A stretch of 64,000 nucleotides of DNA, from the IMG/VR virus record IMGVR_UViG_3300038620_000134, positions 1 through 64,000 of that record, one strand, 5' to 3'. Numbering within the stretch: the first letter of the stretch is position 1; every line of letters begins with the position of its first letter. Below are positions 48,376-58,294 of the stretch, one piece after another. The notes beneath the pieces were generated by a model. That model was not told where the DNA came from. It was given only the letters and a program-made list of their open reading frames with translations, and did no database searches. This DNA comes from a virus. The position numbers and the translations under genes are program-made.

Positions 48376-48762
48376 TTACTTTAAATCTTTGTTTTGGTCG
48401 TATATCATAGTTTGTACATAGTCAATATCTTTATGGCCATATTTTGTTATTTGACCTGGATATATTAAACGGATATGATTTCCATTGTTTACTCCTTCTG
48501 CGTGTAAAAGCAAATCAGTTAATGCCACATTACGTTCATGGTAAGAGCCATTAACTATAATGTGAACCTGCTTTCTATTGTAAGTTGTGTATAAATTGCT
48601 AACTTCATCATAGTGTTTAGACCTTACTGGATTAAAGTTTTTCACACTATCATAAACATAACCGTCAACATCCCTATCTGAAAATGCATATTCTGATACA
48701 TTTTCAGGATTTATTAAAAGGTATGTTCCCTCTGGACTTGTTGATTCTATGTGTTCGCTCAT
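48376..48762 (-). CDS. Hypothetical protein
   Basis: 128 aa; hairpin AACTATCCATTT...AAGTGGATAGTT at about 48313-48339 downstream. Confidence 0.7.
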   Translation of the reverse strand: MSEHIESTSPEGTYLLINPENVSEYAFSDRDVDGYVYDSVKNFNPVRSKHYDEVSNLYTTYNRKQVHIIVNGSYHERNVALTDLLLHAEGVNNGNHIRLIYPGQITKYGHKDIDYVQTMIYDQNKDLK

Positions 48763-48785
48763 ATTAAGAGATAGTTAATAGTTAA

Positions 48786-49289
48786 TTACCAATCAATTTC
48801 TACTTCATGTGCAGTATCGTCAACCTCATTGTATCTTGGAAGATATTGCGGAACCCACTGTTTGTTATTAGAATCATAGTGCATAATCTTAACACGAAAA
48901 GGCATACATGTTTCTAATATTTCAAACAGAAATTCTGTTAAGTTTTCTGTTCCACCATTCATATATATAACAATAAGCCCGCCGTCAATAACATGATTGA
49001 GGGCTTTTGCGTTCGATTCTGTCTCTTCCCCTTTAAATTCGGATGGTGGATATTCATCACTTCGGTCATATATAAAGTAATCAGTAAACATTCTACCGTT
49101 TTGGTATTGATTTACTCTTCTTACTTTAGTTGTTCCATCTTCAAATTCTTCGGTTTCTCGTCGAAAACCCTTTTGGATTTCATCATGTGGTATCGGAAAG
49201 TGTCTTGGATTTACATGGTCTGAATTTTCAAAGTCTTCTTTGCGATAAGTGCAATAGTCACCCTCGCCCTGCAACTGAAATTTTTTCAT
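48786..49289 (-). CDS. Hypothetical protein
   Basis: 167-aa ORF. Confidence 0.7.
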   Translation of the reverse strand: MKKFQLQGEGDYCTYRKEDFENSDHVNPRHFPIPHDEIQKGFRRETEEFEDGTTKVRRVNQYQNGRMFTDYFIYDRSDEYPPSEFKGEETESNAKALNHVIDGGLIVIYMNGGTENLTEFLFEILETCMPFRVKIMHYDSNNKQWVPQYLPRYNEVDDTAHEVEIDW

Positions 49290-49330
49290 AAGCCAAAGTT
49301 TCGGTTAAGTGATACAAAATTAAAGTTTTG

Positions 49331-49361
49331 CTAAATTAATACTTTTTTTTGTCTTTGTCAA
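49331..49361 (-). promoter_or_regulatory. Early promoter TTGACA-N17-TAATTTAG
   Basis: Minus strand, upstream of 49289. Confidence 0.6.
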
Positions 49362-49410
49362 GTGTTATTGCAGTTGTGTTAAAAATTCCAATGCAATAAA
49401 TAAAACAAAA

Positions 49411-49608
49411 ATGCTTAAAATCAGCTTAACACCAATAATTATACTTTTTGGTTTGCTGCTGTTTGCTTTTTTAGGCATCACTTTTATTAACTATTTTTCA
49501 AAAAAGAGTTGGTGGAATGAACTATATTCACTTATTTTTCTTTTAACTTATGCTATAATTCTTTTTATTTTGTTAGTAAACGGATTTTACTGGATGCATC
49601 ATATCTAA
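49411..49608 (+). CDS. Small two-helix membrane protein
   Basis: Hydrophobic; AATAAATA upstream. Confidence 0.6.
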   Translation: MLKISLTPIIILFGLLLFAFLGITFINYFSKKSWWNELYSLIFLLTYAIILFILLVNGFYWMHHI

Positions 49609-49612
49609 TACA

Positions 49613-50059
49613 TTACTTTAACTCAACGGATTCAATCATAGTTTCAAGACTTTTAATATCGTTTGGATACTTCATTATAGCTTTGTGCATTTCTAAATTA
49701 AATTCAGTATCATCATAAAGTTTAATAAATTCTCTTATTACGTTAGCTTTTTGAATTTCATTTTTATTCCATGATGTATTTAACTTATCATGTATAGCTT
49801 CAAGTTTTCGTGATTTAAAAACCAATCTTTTTAGGTCTTCTAATTCTTTATCGGATACTTTACTTGATTCTGTTTTTCTTTTAAAATCTTTAAGGTGTTG
49901 ATTGTATTTTTTATCTAAATATAAATCAACATCTTGTAACAAACTTTTCCAATTTTCTTCAGCTTTATTTGGATTTTTTGGAATGTTCCACATTCTTTTT
50001 TTAATGTCATAAACTTTGTTATCACTTCCTCCAATATATTCACTAAAAGTTCGTATCAC
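49613..50059 (-). CDS. Hypothetical protein with capsid-targeting-like N-terminus
   Basis: Begins (M)IRTFSEYI; GTG start. Confidence 0.65.
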   Translation of the reverse strand: MIRTFSEYIGGSDNKVYDIKKRMWNIPKNPNKAEENWKSLLQDVDLYLDKKYNQHLKDFKRKTESSKVSDKELEDLKRLVFKSRKLEAIHDKLNTSWNKNEIQKANVIREFIKLYDDTEFNLEMHKAIMKYPNDIKSLETMIESVELK

Positions 50060-50106
50060 TTTTTTTTGTTATTTATTAAAATAATAAATAGTAAAAAAGC
50101 AAAACT

Positions 50107-50307
50107 ATGAATTTTATAAAAAGAACACTTTTTGGATACAATAAAATTATATGGTTTTTTTGGGTATTGTTTAACGGATTAGGAATATACCACTTTATTA
50201 ATAATGAGCCAGTTATTGGCTGGACGTTAGTTGGTGTTATTAACACAATTTTTATAGTATTTTTGTTAATAGAACATAGAAGATGGAAGAAAAATCAAAA
50301 TAACTAA
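50107..50307 (+). CDS. Small two-helix membrane protein
   Basis: Hydrophobic with a basic tail. Confidence 0.6.
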   Translation: MNFIKRTLFGYNKIIWFFWVLFNGLGIYHFINNEPVIGWTLVGVINTIFIVFLLIEHRRWKKNQNN

Positions 50308-50311
50308 TAAT

Positions 50312-50899
50312 TTGAAAATTAAAAGTTCATGGGATTACATTAATGAGGGTCTAAAAAAGGGAAATGTTTATATAGATATTACCCGCCGCAATCCTGTATC
50401 ATTTGACAGGACACCTACAATTATTGTTCGAATGACAGTGGGCAGCAAGTATTTAAATTATTTGTTCACTTTAAGAGAAGAAGTACCCGGAAAGTTTAAT
50501 CTCGAAATAGGTATGGATTTCGATGTTTATAAACGGAAAATCGGTGGTAAAGCCAGAAGTCTTATTGCTTATAGGCCAAATCGAACCTCTGTTGATCACA
50601 TACATGAAGCATGGGGATATGCAAAAGAATGGCTAAAAGATCCGAATAATTGGGATATGTATTTTGGAAAGCGTGGAATAGATATTCCAACAAAACGAGT
50701 AAAAATTTATAAAGTAATTGTACATCTTACTAAAGAAATGAATGATAATAAAAGAGCTTGGCTTTGGTATTATCGTTTTCTAAGAGAATTTATAGATGGC
50801 AATGGCACAGTATCAAAACATTTTTTAAGAAAACGTCTTAGTAGAGATATAGAAGCATTTTTTAATAATCCACTAACCGTAAAAAAGAATAAGAAATGA
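50312..50899 (+). CDS. Hypothetical protein
   Basis: Begins (M)KIKSSWDYINE; TTG start. Confidence 0.65.
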   Translation: MKIKSSWDYINEGLKKGNVYIDITRRNPVSFDRTPTIIVRMTVGSKYLNYLFTLREEVPGKFNLEIGMDFDVYKRKIGGKARSLIAYRPNRTSVDHIHEAWGYAKEWLKDPNNWDMYFGKRGIDIPTKRVKIYKVIVHLTKEMNDNKRAWLWYYRFLREFIDGNGTVSKHFLRKRLSRDIEAFFNNPLTVKKNKK

Positions 50900-51687
50900 G
50901 AACAACAGGTATAACACCATCAGAAAAAGAAGACTTTGCATCTGAAAACAGAAAAACCGATACTTATGTGGGTGAAATTGTAGATGCATCCGACCCCGAA
51001 CAAAAATATAGGGCGAGAGTTAGGGTTCATGGTTTATTTGATGACTTAGATTCAGATGCTATTCCGTGGGCAATTCCGGGTAATGCAACAAATTTTTCGG
51101 GTGGTGGTGCTGGAAACGTTAGTTATCCAAAAGAGGGTAGCAGAGTTATGGTAAGATTTTTTAACGGGGATATTTACCATCCAATTTACTATTTTAATAT
51201 GCACTTAGATGATAATATGGCTAATGAAATTGCAAATCCCTATGAAAATTCACATTCGATACTTTATGATAGTGATGAAGAACTTAAAATATATTACAAC
51301 AATAATCAAGGACTATATTTTGAATTAAAAGGTGCAACTGCTGTTATTAATAATGATGGTAATATAACTTTGAATCATTCAGATTCTCAATCTACCATAG
51401 AACTTGTTGGTGGTGATATAAGAATTACCAGTAATGCAACAGTTGATGTATCAACACAAAGACAAGCCACTATAACAGCGCAAACTGTTCATGTAAATGG
51501 AACACAAACAGATATAGGTGCAAGTCCAATATTTTCAGCAGTCAATGGAGAAACCCTTATGGGAACACTTAAAGCAATTGCGAGTGCAGTTGATGCTAAG
51601 TTTCCGCCTACGCCGGGAGTAACTGCAAGCTCTGTAAATGCGGCTGAACAAACAATTCTTTCACAAACTGTTTCTACATCTCCTTAA
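50896..51687 (+). CDS. Baseplate central spike (gp5/VgrG OB-fold)
   Basis: GEIVD..DPE...RARVRV.G...PWA...P..G..V.V.F..GD...P followed by a beta-rich C-terminus. Confidence 0.85.
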   Translation: MRTTGITPSEKEDFASENRKTDTYVGEIVDASDPEQKYRARVRVHGLFDDLDSDAIPWAIPGNATNFSGGGAGNVSYPKEGSRVMVRFFNGDIYHPIYYFNMHLDDNMANEIANPYENSHSILYDSDEELKIYYNNNQGLYFELKGATAVINNDGNITLNHSDSQSTIELVGGDIRITSNATVDVSTQRQATITAQTVHVNGTQTDIGASPIFSAVNGETLMGTLKAIASAVDAKFPPTPGVTASSVNAAEQTILSQTVSTSP

Positions 51688-51701
51688 AAAATATAAAAAA
51701 A

Positions 51702-53921
51702 ATGGCTATAAAGTTTATACAAGGAACACCATATTGTGAATCAGATTCTAATCCAAGTGGAGAAGAACTTAGAAATATTTTTAATAATAATCTTCCAACC
51801 TTTGATTTTAATGCTAATGTACCCATATCACCACAAAAAGCAGCATCTGAATTAGTAAAACAAAACCCCGATCATTTTGAAAATAATGAAACAGATGTTT
51901 CTAAATTAGATACAAATAAAAAAATAGAAGATTATAAAAATAAAAATAATTTAAAACTTAATGTTAAACCAGATCTTGGTGAAAGTTTTGATGCTGCAAC
52001 CAGAAAAGATGAACTTGTTGAAGAATACTTTAATCAAGTTGCGAATCAACAACCAGATGAAGATGAACCTTTTAGACCGAGTAAACAAGAGGTTCTTAAC
52101 GCGTGTAAAAAAAGAGACAGTTCAGATTCAGAATCGAATGAAAGTGAAGCAAACCAAGAAAATTCAAATAATGACTTTTCCCCAACAATAAATGAAATTC
52201 TTGAAACCTGCAAACAATTACCAAGTGAAGTTCCAGTTGAGTATCCACAACCAAACCTTCCAGTACCAACAGATTTTTCACAAAGAGAACAAGATCAAAT
52301 TAATGATCTTATGAACAAAATGAATTTACCTAATGAAGAAGATGAAAAACAGGCAGAAAAATGCAAAAACGAAATTGAAAAAATATCAAAAGATATTCGC
52401 CAGAAAGTAGACCAATACCAAAAAGACTTGGAAAGATTTCCAAATCTTGAACACGAATATTTTGTAAAGGAACTTAATTATCAAATACTTAAAGGAAAAG
52501 CAGATGTTATTCAAAATTATCTTGATAGTCAAAGTGGAAACAATAAATCTTTTAATATAAGTTATGTCCCCTATATTAATGATCCAAATAATATTGAAGC
52601 CGATGAAGCAAATGATCCATCGGAATCAGTTGATTTTGACCGTTTAGTGAGTCAAGAAAACCAGTATTTACAAAACGAAGTAGATAAATTTGCGGGTAGG
52701 TTTATAGAGTTTGGTCTTAGACCCGAAAGTACAGATTTTCGCAAATTCAAACTTTTTGAAAAACGTACAATCGGAGGAAACATTGCTGAATTCTATGATA
52801 ACATAGATGCAGGAACCGAAGAAGAACGCAAAGAAAAAGATTACAATGAAAAACGTAAAAAACGCGAAAACGAAAGAAAACAAAAATTAATATATGATCC
52901 TTTTGAAAAATTAAAAACACAAGCTAATAATTATGGTGCGCTTTTTGGAATTCGATTTATTGTATTTTCACAGGTTTTTGGTAGTTCTGGACTAAGTGAT
53001 GCAATTACTGAATTTAATGAATTTGAACAATCATATACCTCCAAAAAACAGGAATATGAAAAACTAAAAAAGAAAATAGAAAATTTTGAACAAACTATAA
53101 AAAATGATGTTAATCTTCAAATAGAACAGGTAAAGTGTAGACAGAACCAAAAAAACAAAACAGGCGATGAAGAACCATCTGAAGATGAACTAAATAAAAG
53201 TTTTGATCTCGAAGATGCTTCTTTTCCATCTCCCGAAGATTCACCACCGACGGAACTTAAATACTGGCAAAAATTTGCACTAAGCGCAACAGTAGGGTCT
53301 TTAATTGTTCCACTTACATGGACAACTGGTGTTCTTATACCATCACCTTCGGGGGTGATTAAAGTTCCCGTGCCTGTAATATGGACTGCTTTATTTGTTC
53401 AACCTACACCTAATAGACTACTAGTGTTTTTTCTGGGTATAAATGGTATAATACCATGTCCATTTCTTTTTGAAATTAGTTTTAGTGGTGGAAGTGCACC
53501 TATTTTTCGAGTAGGTCTTAGGGGAAACAACCAAAGTATAAAATCAAAAGCACCTATAGGTGCGGGGGGTGAAGTTCAAACTATTCCGGCTCAATTTCCA
53601 CCATTTGTTGCATATACTCCTCCAGTGTTATGTACTGGATTTTCTTTTACAAAACTTCAAAATATAGATTTAAGGCCGGTGGTTTTTGCATTAGCATCCA
53701 GTCCATTTTTAACACCAGCAAAACTTGCAAAGTTTGCTACTAATAAGGCGGCAATAAAAACAAATATTTTTGCAAGAGATGATTTACCATCTTATAAACG
53801 TTTACCAGGTTCCAACCCGCTAAAAAATCCAGTTTTTTACTTTTTTGTAGCTGGTTTTAATGAAGCATCTAAGGAATTGAGTGGTGTTGAAAAACCACCC
53901 AGTCCTGCACCCTATCAATAA
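51702..53921 (+). CDS. Hypothetical structural-region protein
   Basis: 739 aa; acidic coiled-coil followed by a Pro-rich hydrophobic C-terminal domain. Confidence 0.7.
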   Translation: MAIKFIQGTPYCESDSNPSGEELRNIFNNNLPTFDFNANVPISPQKAASELVKQNPDHFENNETDVSKLDTNKKIEDYKNKNNLKLNVKPDLGESFDAATRKDELVEEYFNQVANQQPDEDEPFRPSKQEVLNACKKRDSSDSESNESEANQENSNNDFSPTINEILETCKQLPSEVPVEYPQPNLPVPTDFSQREQDQINDLMNKMNLPNEEDEKQAEKCKNEIEKISKDIRQKVDQYQKDLERFPNLEHEYFVKELNYQILKGKADVIQNYLDSQSGNNKSFNISYVPYINDPNNIEADEANDPSESVDFDRLVSQENQYLQNEVDKFAGRFIEFGLRPESTDFRKFKLFEKRTIGGNIAEFYDNIDAGTEEERKEKDYNEKRKKRENERKQKLIYDPFEKLKTQANNYGALFGIRFIVFSQVFGSSGLSDAITEFNEFEQSYTSKKQEYEKLKKKIENFEQTIKNDVNLQIEQVKCRQNQKNKTGDEEPSEDELNKSFDLEDASFPSPEDSPPTELKYWQKFALSATVGSLIVPLTWTTGVLIPSPSGVIKVPVPVIWTALFVQPTPNRLLVFFLGINGIIPCPFLFEISFSGGSAPIFRVGLRGNNQSIKSKAPIGAGGEVQTIPAQFPPFVAYTPPVLCTGFSFTKLQNIDLRPVVFALASSPFLTPAKLAKFATNKAAIKTNIFARDDLPSYKRLPGSNPLKNPVFYFFVAGFNEASKELSGVEKPPSPAPYQ

Positions 53922-53962
53922 CCATTAAATTTGTTAATAATAAATACAAAAAATAATAAAAG

Positions 53963-55345
53963 TTGCAAATTGATTTATTAAATTCTAACCATATTTTTCT
54001 TATTCAAAATAGTTACATAGGTTTTGAATTTGAATTTTTTAGTGATAAAGGCAGAAATGATGTTGCAAGTGAATTATCAAAAACTTTGAAAAAGAAAGTA
54101 GTTGTTGCGAATAAATATCATTCAGATGTTGATATATCCTATAAGCAGTTTAAGATTGAACCAGATTTTTCTGGGGGAAAGAGAATGTTTGAACTGGTAA
54201 CTTATCCTCTTAATTATTTTGAAGCAAAAACAATTTTAATTAATACATTAAGCTATATTAAAAAAAATGGATATACTACAGAAAGGTGTGCTCTTCATGT
54301 TAACATATCGTTTAATCATTCAAAATTTGAAAATAGGGTAGAACTTAAAAACATAAATCCATTAAATTTAATACTTGACATTGATGAAGACTATATATAT
54401 AATAAGTTTCCAACACGCAAAAATTCTGTTTATGCAAGAAGCGTTAAGTGGGTTAGCCCCGTTCAAAAGTTTAATTTTCATAAATCACCATTAGTATTAA
54501 AAAACCATAGTAATGTATCATATCCAAAATCTAAATATTATGGAATAAACTTTTCTAAATTAAAAGACAATTATTTAGAGTTTCGTTACTTGGGAGGTAA
54601 AAATTATGAAAATAAAATTAAACAAGTATTAGAATTAACAGAATACTTTATTTTACTCACAGGAAAAGAACTACTCAATAATAATTCAATAGTTATAAAA
54701 GGTGAAAATGATAGAAAAGAAGAATTAGAAAAAATCGTTAACCGCCATCAAAAAATTGTTAATTCAATAAGAACTTTTGATTACTTTTTAGAAAACTATA
54801 ATAACAGAATTAAACTTAGTGTTGACTTAAAGTTCAACCCCAAACTTATTGAAACATACTATTATAAACTAAGAGAAAAAATTTATGAAATTCTAATATT
54901 TTCAAATTTAAAACAGGGGTGGATTAATTATGATTCTGATAAAGGTAAAGTTCAGCTTAAAAGTGCTCATGCCGTAAACATTTATTTAATGAAAGACTGG
55001 CAAATAGTCGATTGTAAATTTGATAACGCAATTTTTGAATCATGTGAAATGTATAGTACGAATGTTGATAATTCTAAAATTCAAGATTCTTTGGTACAAA
55101 ACTCTAACACCATTGAAAATTCTAAAATTATTAATTCAATGGTAGCACAAGGAACAAAGTGTAAAGATTGTTATATAGATATAAAGAAAAATACATTTAA
55201 TGGAAAAACCGAAGGTGGAATTATTAGATCAGCCAAAATTGGAAGTCTTGCTAAAATAGATGATAAAACAGAAATAATAAGTTCACAAAGTGAAGATAAG
55301 GACAAAATAGAAAACACATATAACAAACTATTTCCAAAATTATAA
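53963..55345 (+). CDS. Putative amidoligase (COOH-NH2 ligase type) with C-terminal beta-helix-like repeats
   Basis: GFEFEF, EPDFSG..MFELVT, CALHVN, KY.GIN and LEFR. Confidence 0.8.
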   Translation: MQIDLLNSNHIFLIQNSYIGFEFEFFSDKGRNDVASELSKTLKKKVVVANKYHSDVDISYKQFKIEPDFSGGKRMFELVTYPLNYFEAKTILINTLSYIKKNGYTTERCALHVNISFNHSKFENRVELKNINPLNLILDIDEDYIYNKFPTRKNSVYARSVKWVSPVQKFNFHKSPLVLKNHSNVSYPKSKYYGINFSKLKDNYLEFRYLGGKNYENKIKQVLELTEYFILLTGKELLNNNSIVIKGENDRKEELEKIVNRHQKIVNSIRTFDYFLENYNNRIKLSVDLKFNPKLIETYYYKLREKIYEILIFSNLKQGWINYDSDKGKVQLKSAHAVNIYLMKDWQIVDCKFDNAIFESCEMYSTNVDNSKIQDSLVQNSNTIENSKIINSMVAQGTKCKDCYIDIKKNTFNGKTEGGIIRSAKIGSLAKIDDKTEIISSQSEDKDKIENTYNKLFPKL

Positions 55346-55350
55346 ACTTT

Positions 55351-56019
55351 ATGAAAACACTAACTAAGCAATTAAAGGAAGACTGGTTTTTAAAAGACCA
55401 CATAGACTTTGAATACCAACAATATAGGTTATTAGCATATTTACAAAAAGTTGAAAATGAGTTTTTTTACACAAGAATTTATCCACACTTAGATGTTTTA
55501 AAGAAGTTAAAAAAGAATATTGATAGTTTTATGTACTCATCAAAAAGATGGGAAAAAGCAATTTCAGATTATAACATATCAACAGAAAAAAGCAATGAAC
55601 TCCAAAACCTGCTGTTCTGGGCACAATCTGAAATATATTCAAAAATTAAAAAGGGTGAAGAAATACTGACCACAGTGTCAAATTATACGCATATGAAAGT
55701 TTTGCAACGGGGTTCCGATAACAAACCAGATCATGGTTATATCGCAATTCAACATGAGAATGGATGTTCAATCTACTATTATAGATACGATAGTTCTAAA
55801 GTATATGATAAAGCTATAAAAATTCAAAACAAAGAACTTAAAAGATTATCACAAAGTGCAACAGAAGATGAATTAATAAACATTATGGAAGATTTAGAAA
55901 ATAGAGATGACCACCATAGATTCCATTGGATATATTTTAATAATGAAGCCAGACCACCACTGCGCGAAACATTACTTCCTGCAATAAAAATTAAAATTTA
56001 TAAAACTTTTTACTTTTAG
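55351..56019 (+). CDS. Hypothetical protein resembling a conserved Bacteroidota family
   Basis: DW....IDFEY.QY.LLAYLQ.V...F....IYP...P.L.ETLLP, recognised from memory. Confidence 0.6.
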   Translation: MKTLTKQLKEDWFLKDHIDFEYQQYRLLAYLQKVENEFFYTRIYPHLDVLKKLKKNIDSFMYSSKRWEKAISDYNISTEKSNELQNLLFWAQSEIYSKIKKGEEILTTVSNYTHMKVLQRGSDNKPDHGYIAIQHENGCSIYYYRYDSSKVYDKAIKIQNKELKRLSQSATEDELINIMEDLENRDDHHRFHWIYFNNEARPPLRETLLPAIKIKIYKTFYF

Positions 56020-56026
56020 GTTACTA

Positions 56027-56034
56027 TATAAATA
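56027..56034 (+). promoter_or_regulatory. T4-type late promoter TATAAATA
   Basis: Exact consensus, 18 bp upstream of the LRR gene ATG. Confidence 0.65.
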
Positions 56035-56052
56035 AATAAAAAAAAAATAACA

Positions 56053-57573
56053 ATGCGAATAAAATCTTTCCAAGAATACATTAATTCGACTTCCATTGAT
56101 GAAGCACTCCATCCAAGTCAAGCAAAACCATATATTAAAGCATGGAAAGAAGCTGGAGGTGAAAAATTTTATCGTGACATCTTTGGAAAGAAAGAAAATG
56201 GAAAACCCAAATATAGACTTTACTTGGAGCTTAAAGAATCCAAAGAGCAGAAACAAAAGATAAGCAAAGATGTTAGGGATAGAATCAATAAAGCTTTAGA
56301 ATATACAAATTATGAAGTTGAAGATTTTAATCAAAATTTAGCAATTTCAAAAGATGGTGAAAATACTAAAAAAGTAACAAGTGAACTTTCAAAAAATAAA
56401 AAATTAAAAAAACAAGATGAAATTAATATAGATAAACTCCTTCAAGATTACAGTGAGGAACTAAGTAAAAAGTCAACCCAAAGAGAACAAGACGATTATC
56501 TTGTAGTAATTTCACGGCATCCATACGATATTGCGGGGATGAGCACCGATAGAGGTTGGACTAGTTGTATGGACTTAGATACTGGAAGTCAAAAATTCTA
56601 TGTAATGGAAGATGTTAAAAAGGGAACAATTATAGCTTATTTAATTAAAAAAGATGACTTGAATATTAATAATCCTGTTGCACGGATTTTAATAAAACCT
56701 TATGTTAGTGGGGACGGTGAAGAAATTGCACTGTTTAGAGATAAAGAAGTAGATGAATTTAAAGGAGAACCAGTTAAGGGATTTAAAGAAACAATTGATG
56801 CTTGGCTAGAAAAGAATCAAAAGTTAAGTAAAACCAAGTATTATCAACTTCAAGGATTGTATAAAGATGGAAAGTGTGAATATAATCCAGATGCTCCAGT
56901 TAAAGCTATACTAAATGATTTTGTTAAAGGAACTTTTGAAGTAGATGGAAACACAATTAGTGTTAATGGGAATGTAAATTTACGTAGAAAACCTAAAGTT
57001 TTTAAAAAAATTACAAAAAACTATAAGTTTGGATATGTTAGTGGTAATTTTAATTGTTCTAATAATAATTTAACATCCCTTGAAGGTGCACCTGAAGAAG
57101 TTGGGGGTTATTTTATTTGTGAGTATAACAAATTAACATCCCTTGAAGGTGCCCCTGAAAAAGTTGGGGGTAGTTTTATGTGTTCTCGTAATGGATTAAC
57201 ATCCTTGGAAGGTGCACCTGAAGAAGTTGTAAGTGGTTTTATTTGTGATGATAATAATTTAACATCCCTTAAAGGTGCCCCTGAAAAAGTTGGGGGTAGT
57301 TTTATTTGTTATAGGAATGGTTTAACATCCCTTGAAGGTGCACCCGAAAAAGTTGGAGGTGAATTTGATTGTAGATTTAATCAATTAACATCCCTTGAAG
57401 GTGCACCTGAAAAAGTTGGAGGTGATTTTTATTGTAGATTTAATCAATTAACATCCCTTGAAGGTGCACCTGAAAAAGTTGGAGGTGATTTTTATTGTGG
57501 TAAGAATAAAAAAGATTTTACAAAAGAAGATGTTAAAGCTGTTTCTGATGTTGAAGGTGAAATAAAAGTTTAA
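56053..57573 (+). CDS. LRR protein paralog (7 repeats + cap)
   Basis: Same N-terminal domain with one divergent block (ISKDGENT...DYSEE). Confidence 0.9.
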   Translation: MRIKSFQEYINSTSIDEALHPSQAKPYIKAWKEAGGEKFYRDIFGKKENGKPKYRLYLELKESKEQKQKISKDVRDRINKALEYTNYEVEDFNQNLAISKDGENTKKVTSELSKNKKLKKQDEINIDKLLQDYSEELSKKSTQREQDDYLVVISRHPYDIAGMSTDRGWTSCMDLDTGSQKFYVMEDVKKGTIIAYLIKKDDLNINNPVARILIKPYVSGDGEEIALFRDKEVDEFKGEPVKGFKETIDAWLEKNQKLSKTKYYQLQGLYKDGKCEYNPDAPVKAILNDFVKGTFEVDGNTISVNGNVNLRRKPKVFKKITKNYKFGYVSGNFNCSNNNLTSLEGAPEEVGGYFICEYNKLTSLEGAPEKVGGSFMCSRNGLTSLEGAPEEVVSGFICDDNNLTSLKGAPEKVGGSFICYRNGLTSLEGAPEKVGGEFDCRFNQLTSLEGAPEKVGGDFYCRFNQLTSLEGAPEKVGGDFYCGKNKKDFTKEDVKAVSDVEGEIKV

Positions 57574-57715
57574 TAAAAACTTAATAAAACTATATACTAA
57601 CAAAAGCAATATCATGAGCTTTTTTGCTTACTTTAGATTTATAAGTATTTTCTAATCGATAGCGATACTCCCTTAAAAATTTTGATTAACTCTCCCATTC
57701 ATTTTTTAAAGGATT

Positions 57716-57898
57716 TCAAAATAGTAACGTTACTTTATCAGTATTTTGTAAAACCTTTTTTCTGTTTTCATACAACGCTTTATCCATGTTACATCTATCT
57801 GGAAAATAAAACAGCCTAGCATCAGTTGTTCCAATATAAATATAGGTATAAAACTCACGTTTTAATTCATAGTAGGCAGGATCTAACTTATTAAGCAC
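57716..57898 (-). CDS. Small hypothetical protein
   Basis: 60 aa; start uncertain. Confidence 0.4.
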   Translation of the reverse strand: MLNKLDPAYYELKREFYTYIYIGTTDARLFYFPDRCNMDKALYENRKKVLQNTDKVTLLF

Positions 57899-57939
57899 CT
57901 CTTCAAGTGTACAAACATTAATTGTAACTTTTAAATTTG

Positions 57940-58152
57940 TTACTGTTTTATAAGTTCATACAGCACTGCTACTAATGGTATATTAAAAATAAAAATACCT
58001 ATTAAACTAAAGACTTTTTCAAAAGTAGTTGATTCGTCTTTAAATAAGAGTATATAAAATTTAACATATCCAATTAAATAAGCTGTAAAGTATACTGAAA
58101 GTATGATAACTGTTAAATAATCCATAATTAAAAAAATTTGAACTTTAGCCAA
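57940..58152 (-). CDS. Small membrane protein
   Basis: Two hydrophobic helices; probable start MDYLTV; early promoter upstream. Confidence 0.55.
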   Translation of the reverse strand: MAKVQIFLIMDYLTVIILSVYFTAYLIGYVKFYILLFKDESTTFEKVFSLIGIFIFNIPLVAVLYELIKQ

Positions 58153-58189
58153 GTTTTCTTTAGAAGAAAATTCTTTTCCACTTCAATCT

Positions 58190-58220
58190 TAAATATAATA
58201 CATTTAAGACCCTCTGTCAA
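58190..58220 (-). promoter_or_regulatory. Early promoter TTGACA-N17-TATATTTA
   Basis: Minus strand, conserved spacing. Confidence 0.6.
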
Positions 58221-58294
58221 GCTTCAATTAAAAAATATTAAAAGTGTTACACTTTTTTAAGTAAAATAAATAAATAAATAAAAAAAATCAAAGC

